Shown in pieces: positions 1 through 11,268 of a stretch of 64,000 bases of DNA. The notes beneath the pieces were generated by a model. The model had not been told where the DNA came from. It did not search any database and saw only the letters and a program-made list of their open reading frames with translations. Position 1 is the first letter of the stretch. Every line of letters begins with the position of its first letter. The translations under genes and the position numbers were made by a program. The DNA comes from Pseudomonadota bacterium (lineage in GTDB: Bacteria; Pseudomonadota; Gammaproteobacteria; Ga0077536), in assembly GCA_018668255.1 (NCBI GenBank), contig JABISZ010000010.1, positions 48,724-112,723 of the forward strand, read 5' to 3'.

Positions 1-1272
1 AAAGAAGGTGCTCACCAGATATTGCATGGCAGCGGATTACGCACGGTCGCCGGCTTACAGACTGGGTTCGCGTATTCCGATGATCTTACCTTTGATGCTC
101 TAAAAAACGCAGCGCAAGCTGCTCGCACTATCGTTGCCGGCGGACAAACCAGAGAATACAAGCTTAAGACTCGAACTGACAAGGTTTCGTATTATGAAAA
201 TATAGACCCCATAGAACAAATGAGTGCACAAACAAAAGTAGATTTATTAAATTCAATAAATAGTCGCTTACGGGGGGCGGATAAACGCGTTATCGAAGTC
301 AAAGCCAGTCTCTCTGGACAATACACTACCGTACTTATAGCCGCTTCTGATGGAAGCTTGGCGAGTGACATCAGGCCTTTAGTAAGGCTAAACGTCACGG
401 TCATCGTCGAGGAAAAAGGGAGAAAAGAGACGGCAAGCTTCGGCGGCGGTGGTCGTCATAGCTACAAAAAACTGATAAGCGAAGGAAATGCGGAGAAAAT
501 AGCTGACGAAGCCCTACGTCAAGCTATTACTAACTTATCAGCAGAGGATGCTCCTGCCGGGGAAATGACTGTAGTGCTTGCCCCAGGTTGGCCCGGTATA
601 TTACTTCACGAAGCGATTGGTCATGGATTAGAAGGTGACTTCAATCGGAAAAAGACGTCCGCTTTTTCTGGCCGCATTGGTGAAAAAATTGCACATGAGA
701 GCTGTACTGTCGTTGACGATGGCACCCTTAATGAACGTCGCGGCTCTCTCAGTGTTGACGATGAAGGTACTTCTTCAAGTTGCACCACTCTTATAGAAAA
801 CGGCTACCTGAGAGGGTATCTTCATGACCGCCAAAATGCAGGACTTATGGGCTCCTCACCCACGGGAAATGGAAGACGCCAGTCTTATGCGCATCGACCA
901 ATGCCAAGAATGACTAACACTTATATGAGACCAGGCGCACACCCTCCGGAAGAGATTCTAAAAAGTGTTAAAAAAGGACTGTACGCCGTTAGCTTTGGTG
1001 GGGGGCAAGTGGACATCACAAATGGTAAATTTGTATTTAGTGCCAGTGAAGCTTACCTCATAGAAAATGGAAAGATCACCAATCCAGTAAAAGGTGCCAC
1101 TCTGATTGGTGACGGGCCAGATGTTCTGACCAAAGTGTCGATGGTAGGTAATGATCTAGAGCTAGACAGTGGAGTCGGCACCTGCGGTAAAAATGGTCAG
1201 TCAGTGCCAGTGGGCGTAGGCCAACCCACTCTAAAAATCAATTCCTTGACCGTGGGAGGTACAAAAACTTAA
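1..1272 (+). CDS. tldD: TldD metalloprotease (peptidase U62, TldD/PmbA family), 5-prime partial. The reading frame is open to the window edge.
   Basis: The translation contains HEAIGHGLEGDF and the TldD-like C-terminal region. The frame continues upstream of the first Met at 22 with no stop back to position 1. Confidence 0.85.
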   Translation, partial: KEGAHQILHGSGLRTVAGLQTGFAYSDDLTFDALKNAAQAARTIVAGGQTREYKLKTRTDKVSYYENIDPIEQMSAQTKVDLLNSINSRLRGADKRVIEVKASLSGQYTTVLIAASDGSLASDIRPLVRLNVTVIVEEKGRKETASFGGGGRHSYKKLISEGNAEKIADEALRQAITNLSAEDAPAGEMTVVLAPGWPGILLHEAIGHGLEGDFNRKKTSAFSGRIGEKIAHESCTVVDDGTLNERRGSLSVDDEGTSSSCTTLIENGYLRGYLHDRQNAGLMGSSPTGNGRRQSYAHRPMPRMTNTYMRPGAHPPEEILKSVKKGLYAVSFGGGQVDITNGKFVFSASEAYLIENGKITNPVKGATLIGDGPDVLTKVSMVGNDLELDSGVGTCGKNGQSVPVGVGQPTLKINSLTVGGTKT

Positions 1273-1296
1273 ATTAGAAAAAACCTTGGAGAGCGC

Positions 1297-2742
1297 CTAA
1301 AACCTTTCTATTTCGGGGTGCGGCAATTGTCCATTGTGGACATGCATGCCTCCAAGCTCGGCGCAGCGATGAAGAGAAGGTATGGCTTTGCCAGGATTTA
1401 GGAGATTTTCAGAGTCAAAAGCCTTTTTTATCGCCTGCATTTGACTAATCTCTTTCTCTGAAAATTGGATGCACATTGCATCAAGTTTTTCAACCCCAAC
1501 CCCGTGCTCGCCAGTAATAGTACCCCCAACTTCAACGCATAATGCTAAAATCTCGGTGCCCAATCTCTCCGCATGCTCTAGCTGAGAGTCGATATTTGCG
1601 TCATAGGCAATTAGTGGATGTAGATTACCGTCACCTGCATGAAAAACGTTGGCAACTCTTAATCCGTAAGTCAGTGATAATTCATGAATACGATTCAACA
1701 CAAACCCTAAAGACCGCCTCGGGATAGTGCCATCCATACAATAGTAGTCAGGTGCTATCCTCCCCAGAGCTGGGAACGCAGATTTTCTTCCTTTCCAGTA
1801 TAAAAGCCTTTCAGCCTCGGTTTCAGACACACGAAGCTGGGTAGCGCCGGCGCTGTTCATTAACCCACTTACTCGGGTAATTTCCGCAGTGACTTCGGCC
1901 TCAACGCCGTCTAGTTCACATAGTAAGATAGCCGCACACCCCAGCGGGTAGCCCGCTTTACAGTAGTCTTCCGCGACCTCTACCGACAGCTCATCCATCA
2001 TTTCCAACCCGGCGGGAACAACACCTGCGCTGATTATAGACTCCACAGCCGAGCTGGCATTATCCACACTGTCAAAAGAGGCCAAAATAACACGTGCCTG
2101 CTCAGGCTTCGGCAACAACTTAACCGTAACCTCTACCACAACCCCTAGTAACCCTTCAGAGCCATGCATCAAAGCTAACAAGTCTAAGCCAGAAGTATCC
2201 GGTGCACGCGACCCAATAGTTAATAGCTCTCCATCAATCGTCACTACCTTAATTTCCAGCACATTATGGACAGTCAAACCGTATTTAAGGCAATGCAATC
2301 CACCAGAATTCTCAGCAACATTTCCCCCAATACTGCATGCGATTTGAGATGAGGGGTCTGGAGCATAATAGAGACCATGCTCGCTAACTGCGTCACTGAT
2401 CGCCGCGTTGCGCACGCCCGGCTCCAAGGTTGCTGTCAAATTTTCAATATCAACGGAAAGAATCTTATTCATCTTAGCCAGGCTCATCAAACAACCGTTA
2501 GCTAATGGCAAAGCACCGCCGGAAAGACCGGTTCCAGAGCCGCGTGTAACAAGAGGCGTAGATTGTTCTGCACATATCTTTACTATCTTAACCACCTCAT
2601 CAACAGCAGCTGGAATAACAACTATCAAGGGAGTTTGTTGGTACGCAGATAAGCCGTCACATTCGTAAGGCCTCATCGCCTCATTAGACGACAAGCAGCG
2701 CTCAGGAGGCAGAAATTTTCGCAACTCAGATTCAATCGTCAT
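1297..2742 (-). CDS. FAD-linked oxidase (GlcD / D-2-hydroxyacid dehydrogenase family)
   Basis: 481 aa. The N-terminal part has a PCMH-type FAD-binding fold signature (RGSGTGLSGGALP) and the C-terminal part a FAD-oxidase domain. No glcE/glcF partners are adjacent. Confidence 0.75.
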   Translation of the reverse strand: MTIESELRKFLPPERCLSSNEAMRPYECDGLSAYQQTPLIVVIPAAVDEVVKIVKICAEQSTPLVTRGSGTGLSGGALPLANGCLMSLAKMNKILSVDIENLTATLEPGVRNAAISDAVSEHGLYYAPDPSSQIACSIGGNVAENSGGLHCLKYGLTVHNVLEIKVVTIDGELLTIGSRAPDTSGLDLLALMHGSEGLLGVVVEVTVKLLPKPEQARVILASFDSVDNASSAVESIISAGVVPAGLEMMDELSVEVAEDYCKAGYPLGCAAILLCELDGVEAEVTAEITRVSGLMNSAGATQLRVSETEAERLLYWKGRKSAFPALGRIAPDYYCMDGTIPRRSLGFVLNRIHELSLTYGLRVANVFHAGDGNLHPLIAYDANIDSQLEHAERLGTEILALCVEVGGTITGEHGVGVEKLDAMCIQFSEKEISQMQAIKKAFDSENLLNPGKAIPSLHRCAELGGMHVHNGQLPHPEIERF

Positions 2743-3010
2743 CTGAAACCTTTTCTCAAAATGCGTAGCTCACTTTTCGCTAAGTTATAATTACTTCTTA
2801 GTGCTCAATGATATTCTAATCTTTCAGCGAGCTCAAAGATCAAAAAGATCCATTTCTTCCGCTTTAAAATAGGTTTGTATTGGCGAGTACTGTTATCATT
2901 ATCATGACGTAATCTGAACGGTTACGTGGATAATGGATATTTTTTCCATCTCAAGCTGAGCGCTTGTTTTACGTAAATTAAGGCAGCTTCCTAGCGATGA
3001 TTAAAAACAT

Positions 3011-6000
3011 ATGTTCAAAATCATAGAAGCCATTGGGGCAAAGGTTCCTAAGGCGTTCGCATATTTCATAATAGCAGTTGGGTTTGCGGCTGTTATTACG
3101 CGCATTTTACTCCCCCTCAGCAAACTCGACACCGATTTCTTCTCAGACCATGTAACCGCTTTCTCTGGTAGACCCGCCTCAATCCAAAATGTCCGATTCA
3201 GTTGGACGGGATGGGCACCTACGTTAACAGCGCAAAAACTGGATATCTTGGATAAGCAGAACGGCACCACACTGATTCATTTTCCCCTAGTAAGAATCGA
3301 AGTATCGCCTATTCAGAGTTTAATTAACCGCGAGCTTACTGCTAAAAAAATAACCTTTGAAAAACTCAATATCAGTTTGGTTCGAGATGAAGTAGGTAAA
3401 ATATCAGTGAGGGGGATGCCTCCTCCTAAATTTCCAATTTTCAACTGGTTACTTTCGCAAAAAGTATTCAGCCTGATTGACGTGACTCTTCAATTTGAAG
3501 ATAAAACGACTCAACAAGATATCTTGCTTACAAATCTCACAGCAATAAGCACTCATAAGGAAGGCCATCAAATATTTGGCTCCGCCCAATTACCAAAAGA
3601 ATTAGGACAATATTTCGAATTCTCTATGGAATCTGACTCTACGATAGCGAATGGAGTAGAAAATCTAGAGGTGTTACTCAGAGCTGAAAATCTAAATTTA
3701 AGGAGCGTACTTAAGATATTAAATCAGCCCTTAGGTCTTGATGAAGTGCTGATAGCAGACTTCAGTGGGAAAGGTGTCTGGGAAGATTCAACTTTGAAAA
3801 TTTTTGACTTTTCTTTTCGGGAACCGTCTTCGGCCATCAGGTCAGAAAAGTCTATCGCTATTGAAGGCTCGGTTAGCTCCACAGAATCGACTTGGAAGCT
3901 CGATATAAGACACCTATCAGTGCCACATATCTCTTCGCTGAAAACACAAAACGCAATAAACTTAGTGTGGCAGCAAGATCCCCTAATCAATAAAGAAATC
4001 GAGTTCTCAGCTAAGCAGTTTGACATTGCGATAGCGATGTACTTGGCTCGACTGACAGCTGCCATGCCTCTTGAAGCCCAAAACCTACTGGAAACTGTCC
4101 ATCCGCGAGGTTCAATGGAAAATATCATAGGTCATTATTATCCTGATGATACGGACTCCGCTTTTGATATAGACCTCGGTGTAAAAAATTTATCCACTAG
4201 AGGAACTGATAAATATCCGGCTCTAAACGGTTTTTCAGGGGTTGCAAAAATAACCCGGATTGAGGGGAAACTAATGCTATTGAAGACGGATTTCACTCTC
4301 GATGAACATCATAATCTTGATAGCGCTTTAGAATTCAACAGTCTTGAAGGCTCGCTCGGCTGGGAGAAAAATGAAAAAGGTAAATGGAGTATTTCGGTAC
4401 CTGGTATTTCTGGAAAACTAAACAACTCGGCCTTTCATATCTCTGGTCGTTATAAGAACTTGCTCTCTAATGAGGCTTATCTCGAAGTTGGTGTCTCTTT
4501 CCCTAAGATTGACGCTCAGAGTCTTAGTAGCCTAGTGCCTGTCAACATAGTCTCCCGCAAAGGTGAAGCCTGGATGCGGAACTTGTTCCATAAGGGGCAG
4601 TTGACCGAAGGGATAATAGCTTTTCGGGGACCGACGAAAAATTTTCCATTTAGAAACTCTGAAGGTACGCTCGTCGCTGATTTCAAAGTCAGTAAATCGA
4701 CGTTGGAATATGCTGAATTCTGGCCTTTAGCACGTGACGTAAATGGACATATAGCTCTGCGGGAGGACAACCTTTATTTGCTCATTAATGAAGGAACTAT
4801 CAGTGAAGCCTCAATATCGAAGGCCAATATTAAGTGCGAGCAACTCTTTAATAAAGAAAAATTTGTAAGCATCACTGGTACAGCAACGGCTCCCGGCACC
4901 TTTCCCTCCGAGCTAGTCCTAGCAAGTCCATTAATAAACACCAAGGCGAAGCAAATTACGCAATTCATATTAGAGGACGATATTACGCTGTACCTAGATA
5001 TGACTGTTCCTCTTTTTAGTGGAGGGAAAAAGGATATTTCTGGTAGAGCTGCTCTTGATAAAAATACGTTAAGTTTAGCTCGTACGGATATTAAATTAAC
5101 GGAGGTTTCGGGAAACCTGTTCCTCAAAAATAACCAATGGTGGACGAATGAGCTAACCGCTATTTTAGATGGTACAGAAATACATCTTAATGCTAAAAGT
5201 GGAAGAAATACTGAGCTCTACGCTGCTGAAGCGCATATCCGAGGCAATTCGACAATCGAAAAACTGATGTTTAGGCTTGGGAAACACAGTCCAGTCTTCG
5301 CCAAATGGCTTACTGAAAAAAACTTTACCGCATACAATAAAGGAAATTTAGACTGGGATACGACTATAACGCTGCCTAAAAAAACCTATAAAGATAATAA
5401 GCAGAAGTTTAATGGTCAGTTTAAATTTAGCTCTAATTTAGTAGGTGTAAAATCAACATTGCCTCTGCCGATGAAAAAATTAGCACGAAATGAAAAACAA
5501 TTTTCAGTTGATCTTGAAATAGAAGACGGAAAATTAAAAGGTGGCTTCATCGACTTCTCTGAAAGCGGTGAGGTGCCGACCGTCGAAACTGGAGAACATA
5601 CTGCACCGCACAAGGGCATTCTCTTTCGTGGATCATTTGATCATTTAGAAATAGATTTATGGATGAATTTTTTCAAAGGAGATAGTCCCACCAATGAAGA
5701 TATGGCAAAAATCCCACTGCTTTTTGACTTACGAACTGGAGCTGCCACTCTTTTCGGCCACAAATTTAGTGATATGCGGATTAAAGGTCTCCAAATCGGA
5801 AAAGGCTGGAATATCGAGATAGAGGGAATAGACGCCTCTGGTAATATTATCACTCCTTCTCTCAGCAACTCCAACGTGCTTGACATTAAACTTCAACACC
5901 TGCGTCTAATAAAAAATAAATCGTCAATAGAAGCTGTTCCGCAAGAAAACTCCGATTTGAAACCTAATGAATTCCCTTCTCTTGTAATAGACATTAATGA

Positions 6001-6796
6001 TTTCATGTATCACGGTATTGAGCTAGGGAAAACAAAGGTTACTGCTTCGAAGAACGAGAATGAATTGATATTTAACACCCTAACTTCTGAGACAGAAGAT
6101 GCTTTGATTGGAGCCAGCGGACGATGGATAACGAAAGAAAGCTCCCAAACTAGTACTTTTGAAATTACTGCAAATGGTAAATCAGCTTCTAAATTTTTAC
6201 GACAGTTCGGCTATCAAGGTAAAAACATCAAAGGAGGTGAGATCGAGTTCAACGCGAAAGTAAATTGGGCCGGCTCTCCTTCTTCTCTTAAAATGAAAAA
6301 CCTTAACGGTAGCATGCAAGTGATGTTAACTGATGGACGCTTTAAGAATATTGACCCAGGAAGTGGCCGAATTTTTGGTCTTTTAAGTCTACAATCTTTG
6401 CCAAGACGACTATCTCTAGATTTCAACGACCTCTTCAAAAAAGGATTCGCGTTTGATTCTATTTCTGGAGACTTCCAAATTATCAAAGGCTACGCGCACA
6501 CTGATAACCTAATAACCGAAGGTCCCTCAGCTAAAATAGCTATTAGAGGGACAACTGGCTTAGCCAGTCATGACTATGATCAAATCGCAACAGTCACGCC
6601 AGCACTTTCTGGCAGTATTCCTGTAGCAAGCGCTTTGTTTGGACCAGTCGGAATAGGTGCAGGAGCGGTATACTATATAGGGGGGAAAATGTTCAAATCT
6701 ATCCCTAAAAAAATTGATAAATTTCTGACCCAAAACTATTCAATAACTGGAACGTGGGACACACCGATCATCAAAAAAATCAAAAAGAGTAAGTAA
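3011..6796 (+). CDS. yhdP: YhdP/AsmA-like large envelope protein (TIGR02099-type, DUF3971)
   Basis: 1261 aa with an N-terminal TM anchor and a long repetitive beta-rich body. It sits next to tldD as in enterobacteria. Confidence 0.7.
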   Translation: MFKIIEAIGAKVPKAFAYFIIAVGFAAVITRILLPLSKLDTDFFSDHVTAFSGRPASIQNVRFSWTGWAPTLTAQKLDILDKQNGTTLIHFPLVRIEVSPIQSLINRELTAKKITFEKLNISLVRDEVGKISVRGMPPPKFPIFNWLLSQKVFSLIDVTLQFEDKTTQQDILLTNLTAISTHKEGHQIFGSAQLPKELGQYFEFSMESDSTIANGVENLEVLLRAENLNLRSVLKILNQPLGLDEVLIADFSGKGVWEDSTLKIFDFSFREPSSAIRSEKSIAIEGSVSSTESTWKLDIRHLSVPHISSLKTQNAINLVWQQDPLINKEIEFSAKQFDIAIAMYLARLTAAMPLEAQNLLETVHPRGSMENIIGHYYPDDTDSAFDIDLGVKNLSTRGTDKYPALNGFSGVAKITRIEGKLMLLKTDFTLDEHHNLDSALEFNSLEGSLGWEKNEKGKWSISVPGISGKLNNSAFHISGRYKNLLSNEAYLEVGVSFPKIDAQSLSSLVPVNIVSRKGEAWMRNLFHKGQLTEGIIAFRGPTKNFPFRNSEGTLVADFKVSKSTLEYAEFWPLARDVNGHIALREDNLYLLINEGTISEASISKANIKCEQLFNKEKFVSITGTATAPGTFPSELVLASPLINTKAKQITQFILEDDITLYLDMTVPLFSGGKKDISGRAALDKNTLSLARTDIKLTEVSGNLFLKNNQWWTNELTAILDGTEIHLNAKSGRNTELYAAEAHIRGNSTIEKLMFRLGKHSPVFAKWLTEKNFTAYNKGNLDWDTTITLPKKTYKDNKQKFNGQFKFSSNLVGVKSTLPLPMKKLARNEKQFSVDLEIEDGKLKGGFIDFSESGEVPTVETGEHTAPHKGILFRGSFDHLEIDLWMNFFKGDSPTNEDMAKIPLLFDLRTGAATLFGHKFSDMRIKGLQIGKGWNIEIEGIDASGNIITPSLSNSNVLDIKLQHLRLIKNKSSIEAVPQENSDLKPNEFPSLVIDINDFMYHGIELGKTKVTASKNENELIFNTLTSETEDALIGASGRWITKESSQTSTFEITANGKSASKFLRQFGYQGKNIKGGEIEFNAKVNWAGSPSSLKMKNLNGSMQVMLTDGRFKNIDPGSGRIFGLLSLQSLPRRLSLDFNDLFKKGFAFDSISGDFQIIKGYAHTDNLITEGPSAKIAIRGTTGLASHDYDQIATVTPALSGSIPVASALFGPVGIGAGAVYYIGGKMFKSIPKKIDKFLTQNYSITGTWDTPIIKKIKKSK

Positions 6797-6806
6797 GACT
6801 TAAATT

Positions 6807-7268
6807 ATGTCAACGATCTGGAAGCCGCATGTCGTAGTCGCTACTGTTCTGGAAGAGGATAATAAGTATTTGTTAGTAGAAGAGTCAGTAGATGAAAAAA
6901 GAGTCCTCAACCAGCCCGCTGGACACCTAGAGCCAGGAGAGTCTCTAAAAGACGCGGCAATAAGAGAGACTTTGGAAGAGACGGGGCGAGTCGTGTCCAT
7001 TGATTATCTTATAGGTATCTACTTAATGTGTTCTGAGGATTTTCAAAACACCTTTTTAAGGTTTTGCTTCAAGGGAAAAATTCTAAGCTATGACGAAGAC
7101 CACAAATTAGATGATGATATCATTAGGACCCATTGGATGAGTAAGAAGAATCTCACGCAACAGCAGAAAAAACCTCGGAGCAGCTTGGTGATGAAGGCTA
7201 TTCAGGATTATGAAAAGGGTAACAAATACTCTCTAACTCTGCTTCATACCGACCATTATTATGTATAA
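6807..7268 (+). CDS. nudJ: NUDIX hydrolase (NudJ-like)
   Basis: 153 aa with the Nudix box GHLEPGESLKDAAIRETLEETG. It lies directly upstream of mnmA, as nudJ does in E. coli. Confidence 0.8.
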   Translation: MSTIWKPHVVVATVLEEDNKYLLVEESVDEKRVLNQPAGHLEPGESLKDAAIRETLEETGRVVSIDYLIGIYLMCSEDFQNTFLRFCFKGKILSYDEDHKLDDDIIRTHWMSKKNLTQQQKKPRSSLVMKAIQDYEKGNKYSLTLLHTDHYYV

Positions 7269-8385
7269 GTCTTGGTTAGCCCCGTCAGATTCTCGCTCGC
7301 CGGATCAGATACATGTAGTTGTTGCTATGTCGGGCGGGGTCGACTCTTCAGTAGCGGCGTTGATGCTTAAGGAAGCTGGTTTTAACTGCTCGGCTCTTTT
7401 TATGAAAAATTGGGATGAGATGGAAGATCAGGGAACATGTCAATGGGAGGAGGATGTTGCAGATGCACTTCAGGTCTGCGATATGCTGGAAATTCCTCTC
7501 AATACTGTCGATTTGTCAAAAAATTATTGGGATTTAGTATTCAAAGACTTACTAGACGGCTATAAATTAGGACGAACGCCTAACCCAGACGTTTTGTGTA
7601 ATCGGGAAATTAAGTTTAAGGCATTTGCGGATGAAGCTTTTCGACTGGGAGGTGACTTCATCGCAACAGGTCACTACGTACAGAGTATATTTGACGGTCA
7701 AAAAAAATTACTCTTAAGAGGGGATGACCCTCAAAAAGATCAAAGCTATTTCCTCCATACACTGGATCAAGAACAACTAAAAAAAGCACTTTTCCCAGTT
7801 GGCCACCTCAAGAAAGAACAAGTAAGAGAGCTTGCAAAAAAAGCTGGTATAAAGGTACATGACAAAAAAGACAGCACGGGAATCTGTTTTATTGGCGAAA
7901 GGGATTTTAGACAATTCCTTTCAAAATATATTCCCTCAGAAGAAGGACACATAATCGATACTGCCGGGAATAAAATAGGTCTACATCAGGGAGCCGCGCT
8001 TTATACCATAGGGCAGCGTAAAGGTCTGGGTATTGGAGGTATTAAAAATGCAACAGACGAGCCGTGGTTCGTGGTAGAAAAAAACCTTGCAAAGAACGAA
8101 CTTACGGTGGCTCAAGGCACATCTAATCCAGCCTTGCTTGGTGACGAGCTGACGCTATCGGAGATATCCTGGGTCAACCAAGACAACGGTGAATATCCTA
8201 AATCTCTATTAGCAAAAATCCGATATCGACAACCTGATCAAAAATGTCTTGTGTCGAAGAGAGATGGTCCCGGATATGAAGTGTCTTTCGAGCAGAAGCA
8301 ACGCTCAATCGCCCCAGGCCAGTCAATAGTTTTTTACGAAGAAGATGTCTGCTTGGGTGGAGGAATAATAGAAATCTCTGAATAA
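7261..8385 (+). CDS. mnmA: tRNA-specific 2-thiouridylase MnmA
   Basis: PP-loop motif AMSGGVDSS and conserved catalytic cysteines. The start overlaps the nudJ stop by 8 nt. Confidence 0.9.
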   Translation: MYKSWLAPSDSRSPDQIHVVVAMSGGVDSSVAALMLKEAGFNCSALFMKNWDEMEDQGTCQWEEDVADALQVCDMLEIPLNTVDLSKNYWDLVFKDLLDGYKLGRTPNPDVLCNREIKFKAFADEAFRLGGDFIATGHYVQSIFDGQKKLLLRGDDPQKDQSYFLHTLDQEQLKKALFPVGHLKKEQVRELAKKAGIKVHDKKDSTGICFIGERDFRQFLSKYIPSEEGHIIDTAGNKIGLHQGAALYTIGQRKGLGIGGIKNATDEPWFVVEKNLAKNELTVAQGTSNPALLGDELTLSEISWVNQDNGEYPKSLLAKIRYRQPDQKCLVSKRDGPGYEVSFEQKQRSIAPGQSIVFYEEDVCLGGGIIEISE

Positions 8386-8475
8386 TCAGGCGTCGCACTA
8401 CACATCAGCCTCGTTTTTGAAGATAATGCTTCCGCAAATCTACGCAATTTATAATATCAGCCAATAGGGAATACA

Positions 8476-11139
8476 ATGAAAAACTCATTTAATGCCAGTA
8501 AAGAACTTTCAGTAGGCGAAAAAACCTACCAAATTTTCAGCTGCAAGCGCCTCGCCGATCAGTATCCCATAGATAAATTACCATTTGCTCACAAAATTCT
8601 CTTAGAAAACCTTTTACGTTTCGAGGATGGAGTCAATGTCACCAGAAGTGATATTCAGGCTGTCGCTAATTGGAATCCAACTGCAGAGCCGAGTCAAGAG
8701 ATTGCTTTCACACCGGCTAGAGTTCTAATGCAAGATTTTACCGGAGTACCTTGTGTGGTCGACTTAGCTGCCATGCGAGATGCCATGATAGCCATGGGAG
8801 GGGATCCTAAGAAAATTAACCCTCTGTCACCAGCAGAACTTGTCATTGACCACTCTGTTCAAGTTGATCACTTCGGCGCACAAAGCGCAGCGGAAAAAAA
8901 TGCTAAAATTGAGTTCGATAGGAATAAAGAACGGTATGGTTTTCTTCGATGGGGGCAAAATGCATTCTCTAACTTCTCAGTAGTCCCGCCTGATACTGGC
9001 ATCGTTCACCAAGTCAACCTCGAGTTTTTAGCGAGGACGGTGTTTGAAAACACTGTAAATGGAGTACTTCAAGCATATCCGGATACCGTTGTTGGTACCG
9101 ACTCACACACAACAATGATTAACGGTTTAGGTGTTCTCGGATGGGGTGTTGGAGGCATTGAGGCTGAAGCGGCAATGCTCGGTCAACCGATAACCATGCT
9201 GATCCCGCAGGTAGTGGGCTTCAAACTAGAAGGGAATCTTCCAGAAGGCGCTACTGCGACTGACTTGGTACTAAAGGTTGTAGAAATGCTCAGGCAGAAA
9301 GGAGTAGTTGGGAAGTTTGTAGAATTTTATGGCTCAGGGCTAAGTAGTTTACCTTTAGCTGATCGCGCAACATTAGCAAATATGGCCCCTGAATACGGCG
9401 CTACTTGTGGGCTATTCCCTATCGACATTGAAACTACCGCTTACCTCAAACTCTCGGGGCGAAGTTCAGACCAAGTAGCTTTAGTGGAAGCTTATGCAAA
9501 AGAGACAGGTATGTGGCGCGATGCCTCGAGCCCAGAAGCTACGTACTCTGATTCACTTACACTGAATATGAATTCGATTAAGCCAAGCTTAGCGGGCCCT
9601 AAAAGACCACAAGATAGAATTGACCTCGACTCAGCTCATACTGTCTTCCAAAGAGCTTTGATTGAAGCGACAAAAGATAGAACCTCAGGCGGATCTTCGA
9701 CTACTGACATAAATGGATCGAAAGCTGAAATAAAAGATGGTGCTGTGGTTATTGCAGCCATCACGTCATGTACAAACACGTCAAATCCTTCAGTTATGGT
9801 TGGGGCAGGATTACTTGCTAAAAAAGCCAATGAACTAGGACTAAAAGTACAACCTTGGGTTAAAACAAGCTTAGGGCCCGGCTCTCTAGTTGTAACTGAC
9901 TATCTTAATAAAGCCGGCCTGACAGAGCACTTGAATGCTTTGGGATTTCACACGGTGGGCTATGGTTGTACAACCTGTATTGGTAATTCAGGTCCCATTC
10001 CTGAACCAGTCAGCACCGCAATCAAGGATGGCGATGTAATCGCGTGTTCAGTACTTTCAGGAAACCGGAATTTTGAGGGACGTGTGCACGCTGAAGTGAA
10101 AATGAATTTCCTAGCATCTCCCCCTTTAGTTGTTGCCTATGCCATAGCAGGAAGGATGGATATCGACATCATGACTGCTCCTCTAGGCGAAACACCAGAG
10201 GGAAACCCTGTCTATTTAAAAGACATATGGCCTAGCTCTGCCGAGATCCAGCAGGCTGTTACTTCGACGATCGACTCCGAAATGTTTAAAGATAGTTACG
10301 CGAACGTATTCTCAGGAGACGCGCGATGGGCGGGCATTGATGTTAGTGAATCTAGCCTGTATGCGTGGGACGATAACTCTACTTATGTCAAAAACCCGCC
10401 TTATTTTAAAGATATGCCAAAAAAACCAAAAGAATTAAAACAAATAGAGGGTGCTCGGATTTTACTAAAGCTCGGGGATTCAATAACAACCGACCACATA
10501 TCGCCTGCTGGGAACATAAAAGCCGATAGCCCGGCAGGAAAATACCTAATTGATAACGGAGTAGCATCGAAAGATTTTAATTCTTATGGATCCCGTCGTG
10601 GAAACCATGAAGTCATGATGCGAGGAACGTTCGCTAACATTAGACTGCGAAATCAACTGGCCCCGGGAACTGAGGGTGGCTGGACAAGACACCAACCTAG
10701 CGATACCGAAATGTCAGTTTATGACGCTGCAATGCGATATCAAAAGGAAAACACCCCGCTGATAGTTCTGGGCGGAAAAGAATATGGTACTGGGTCGTCA
10801 CGAGATTGGGCTGCTAAAGGGACTTCCTTACTAGGTGTGAGTGCGGTAATTACCGAAAGTTTCGAAAGAATTCATCGCTCTAATCTAGTAGGAATGGGAG
10901 TACTTCCACTAAACTTTAAGAATGGGCAAAATAGCGAATCTTTAGGATTGACGGGCTTAGAAACCTATACGGTAGAAGGTTTTTCACAGGGCGTTAAAGA
11001 AGTGGTAATCGTCACGGAAGCAAACGACGGGACGATAACTCGATTCCCGTGTGACGTAAGAATTGATACTCCAAAAGAGTGGCAATACTACCAACATGGT
11101 GGCATCTTGCAGTTTGTTTTGCGGGAGCTAGCTGCCTAA
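8476..11139 (+). CDS. acnA: Aconitate hydratase A
   Basis: 887 aa with aconitase family motifs (three Fe-S-ligand Cys regions, swivel domain). Confidence 0.9.
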   Translation: MKNSFNASKELSVGEKTYQIFSCKRLADQYPIDKLPFAHKILLENLLRFEDGVNVTRSDIQAVANWNPTAEPSQEIAFTPARVLMQDFTGVPCVVDLAAMRDAMIAMGGDPKKINPLSPAELVIDHSVQVDHFGAQSAAEKNAKIEFDRNKERYGFLRWGQNAFSNFSVVPPDTGIVHQVNLEFLARTVFENTVNGVLQAYPDTVVGTDSHTTMINGLGVLGWGVGGIEAEAAMLGQPITMLIPQVVGFKLEGNLPEGATATDLVLKVVEMLRQKGVVGKFVEFYGSGLSSLPLADRATLANMAPEYGATCGLFPIDIETTAYLKLSGRSSDQVALVEAYAKETGMWRDASSPEATYSDSLTLNMNSIKPSLAGPKRPQDRIDLDSAHTVFQRALIEATKDRTSGGSSTTDINGSKAEIKDGAVVIAAITSCTNTSNPSVMVGAGLLAKKANELGLKVQPWVKTSLGPGSLVVTDYLNKAGLTEHLNALGFHTVGYGCTTCIGNSGPIPEPVSTAIKDGDVIACSVLSGNRNFEGRVHAEVKMNFLASPPLVVAYAIAGRMDIDIMTAPLGETPEGNPVYLKDIWPSSAEIQQAVTSTIDSEMFKDSYANVFSGDARWAGIDVSESSLYAWDDNSTYVKNPPYFKDMPKKPKELKQIEGARILLKLGDSITTDHISPAGNIKADSPAGKYLIDNGVASKDFNSYGSRRGNHEVMMRGTFANIRLRNQLAPGTEGGWTRHQPSDTEMSVYDAAMRYQKENTPLIVLGGKEYGTGSSRDWAAKGTSLLGVSAVITESFERIHRSNLVGMGVLPLNFKNGQNSESLGLTGLETYTVEGFSQGVKEVVIVTEANDGTITRFPCDVRIDTPKEWQYYQHGGILQFVLRELAA

Positions 11140-11268
11140 ACTCGATGAGGACGTGCTAAAGGGAAAGAAACTGATGAGAGATAGAGGCGGTGCCCCACAC
11201 CGTAGTTGCACCCTGGCAAAGATTAAGCTCTGGTAACAATTAAGGAAAACATAAAAGGATCCGTTTTA

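Noticed and set aside
192-404. 70-aa minus-strand ORF inside tldD
   Set aside because: It is entirely nested antisense within a strongly supported CDS, with no RBS or homology signal. This is a typical shadow ORF. The same reasoning applies to other nested ORFs in the track, for example 1542..1727, 2408..2668, 3724..4128, 4516..5127, 9636..9830, 19121..19321 and 53747..54165.
3001-3270. 89-aa minus-strand ORF overlapping the start of yhdP
   Set aside because: It overlaps the N-terminal TM-anchor coding region of yhdP on the opposite strand and has no independent support.
8386-8475. Possible hairpin or terminator after mnmA (GGCGTCGCACTACACATCAGCCTCGTTTTT)
   Set aside because: Only about 3 bp of stem complementarity precede the T-tract, so it is not a convincing intrinsic terminator.
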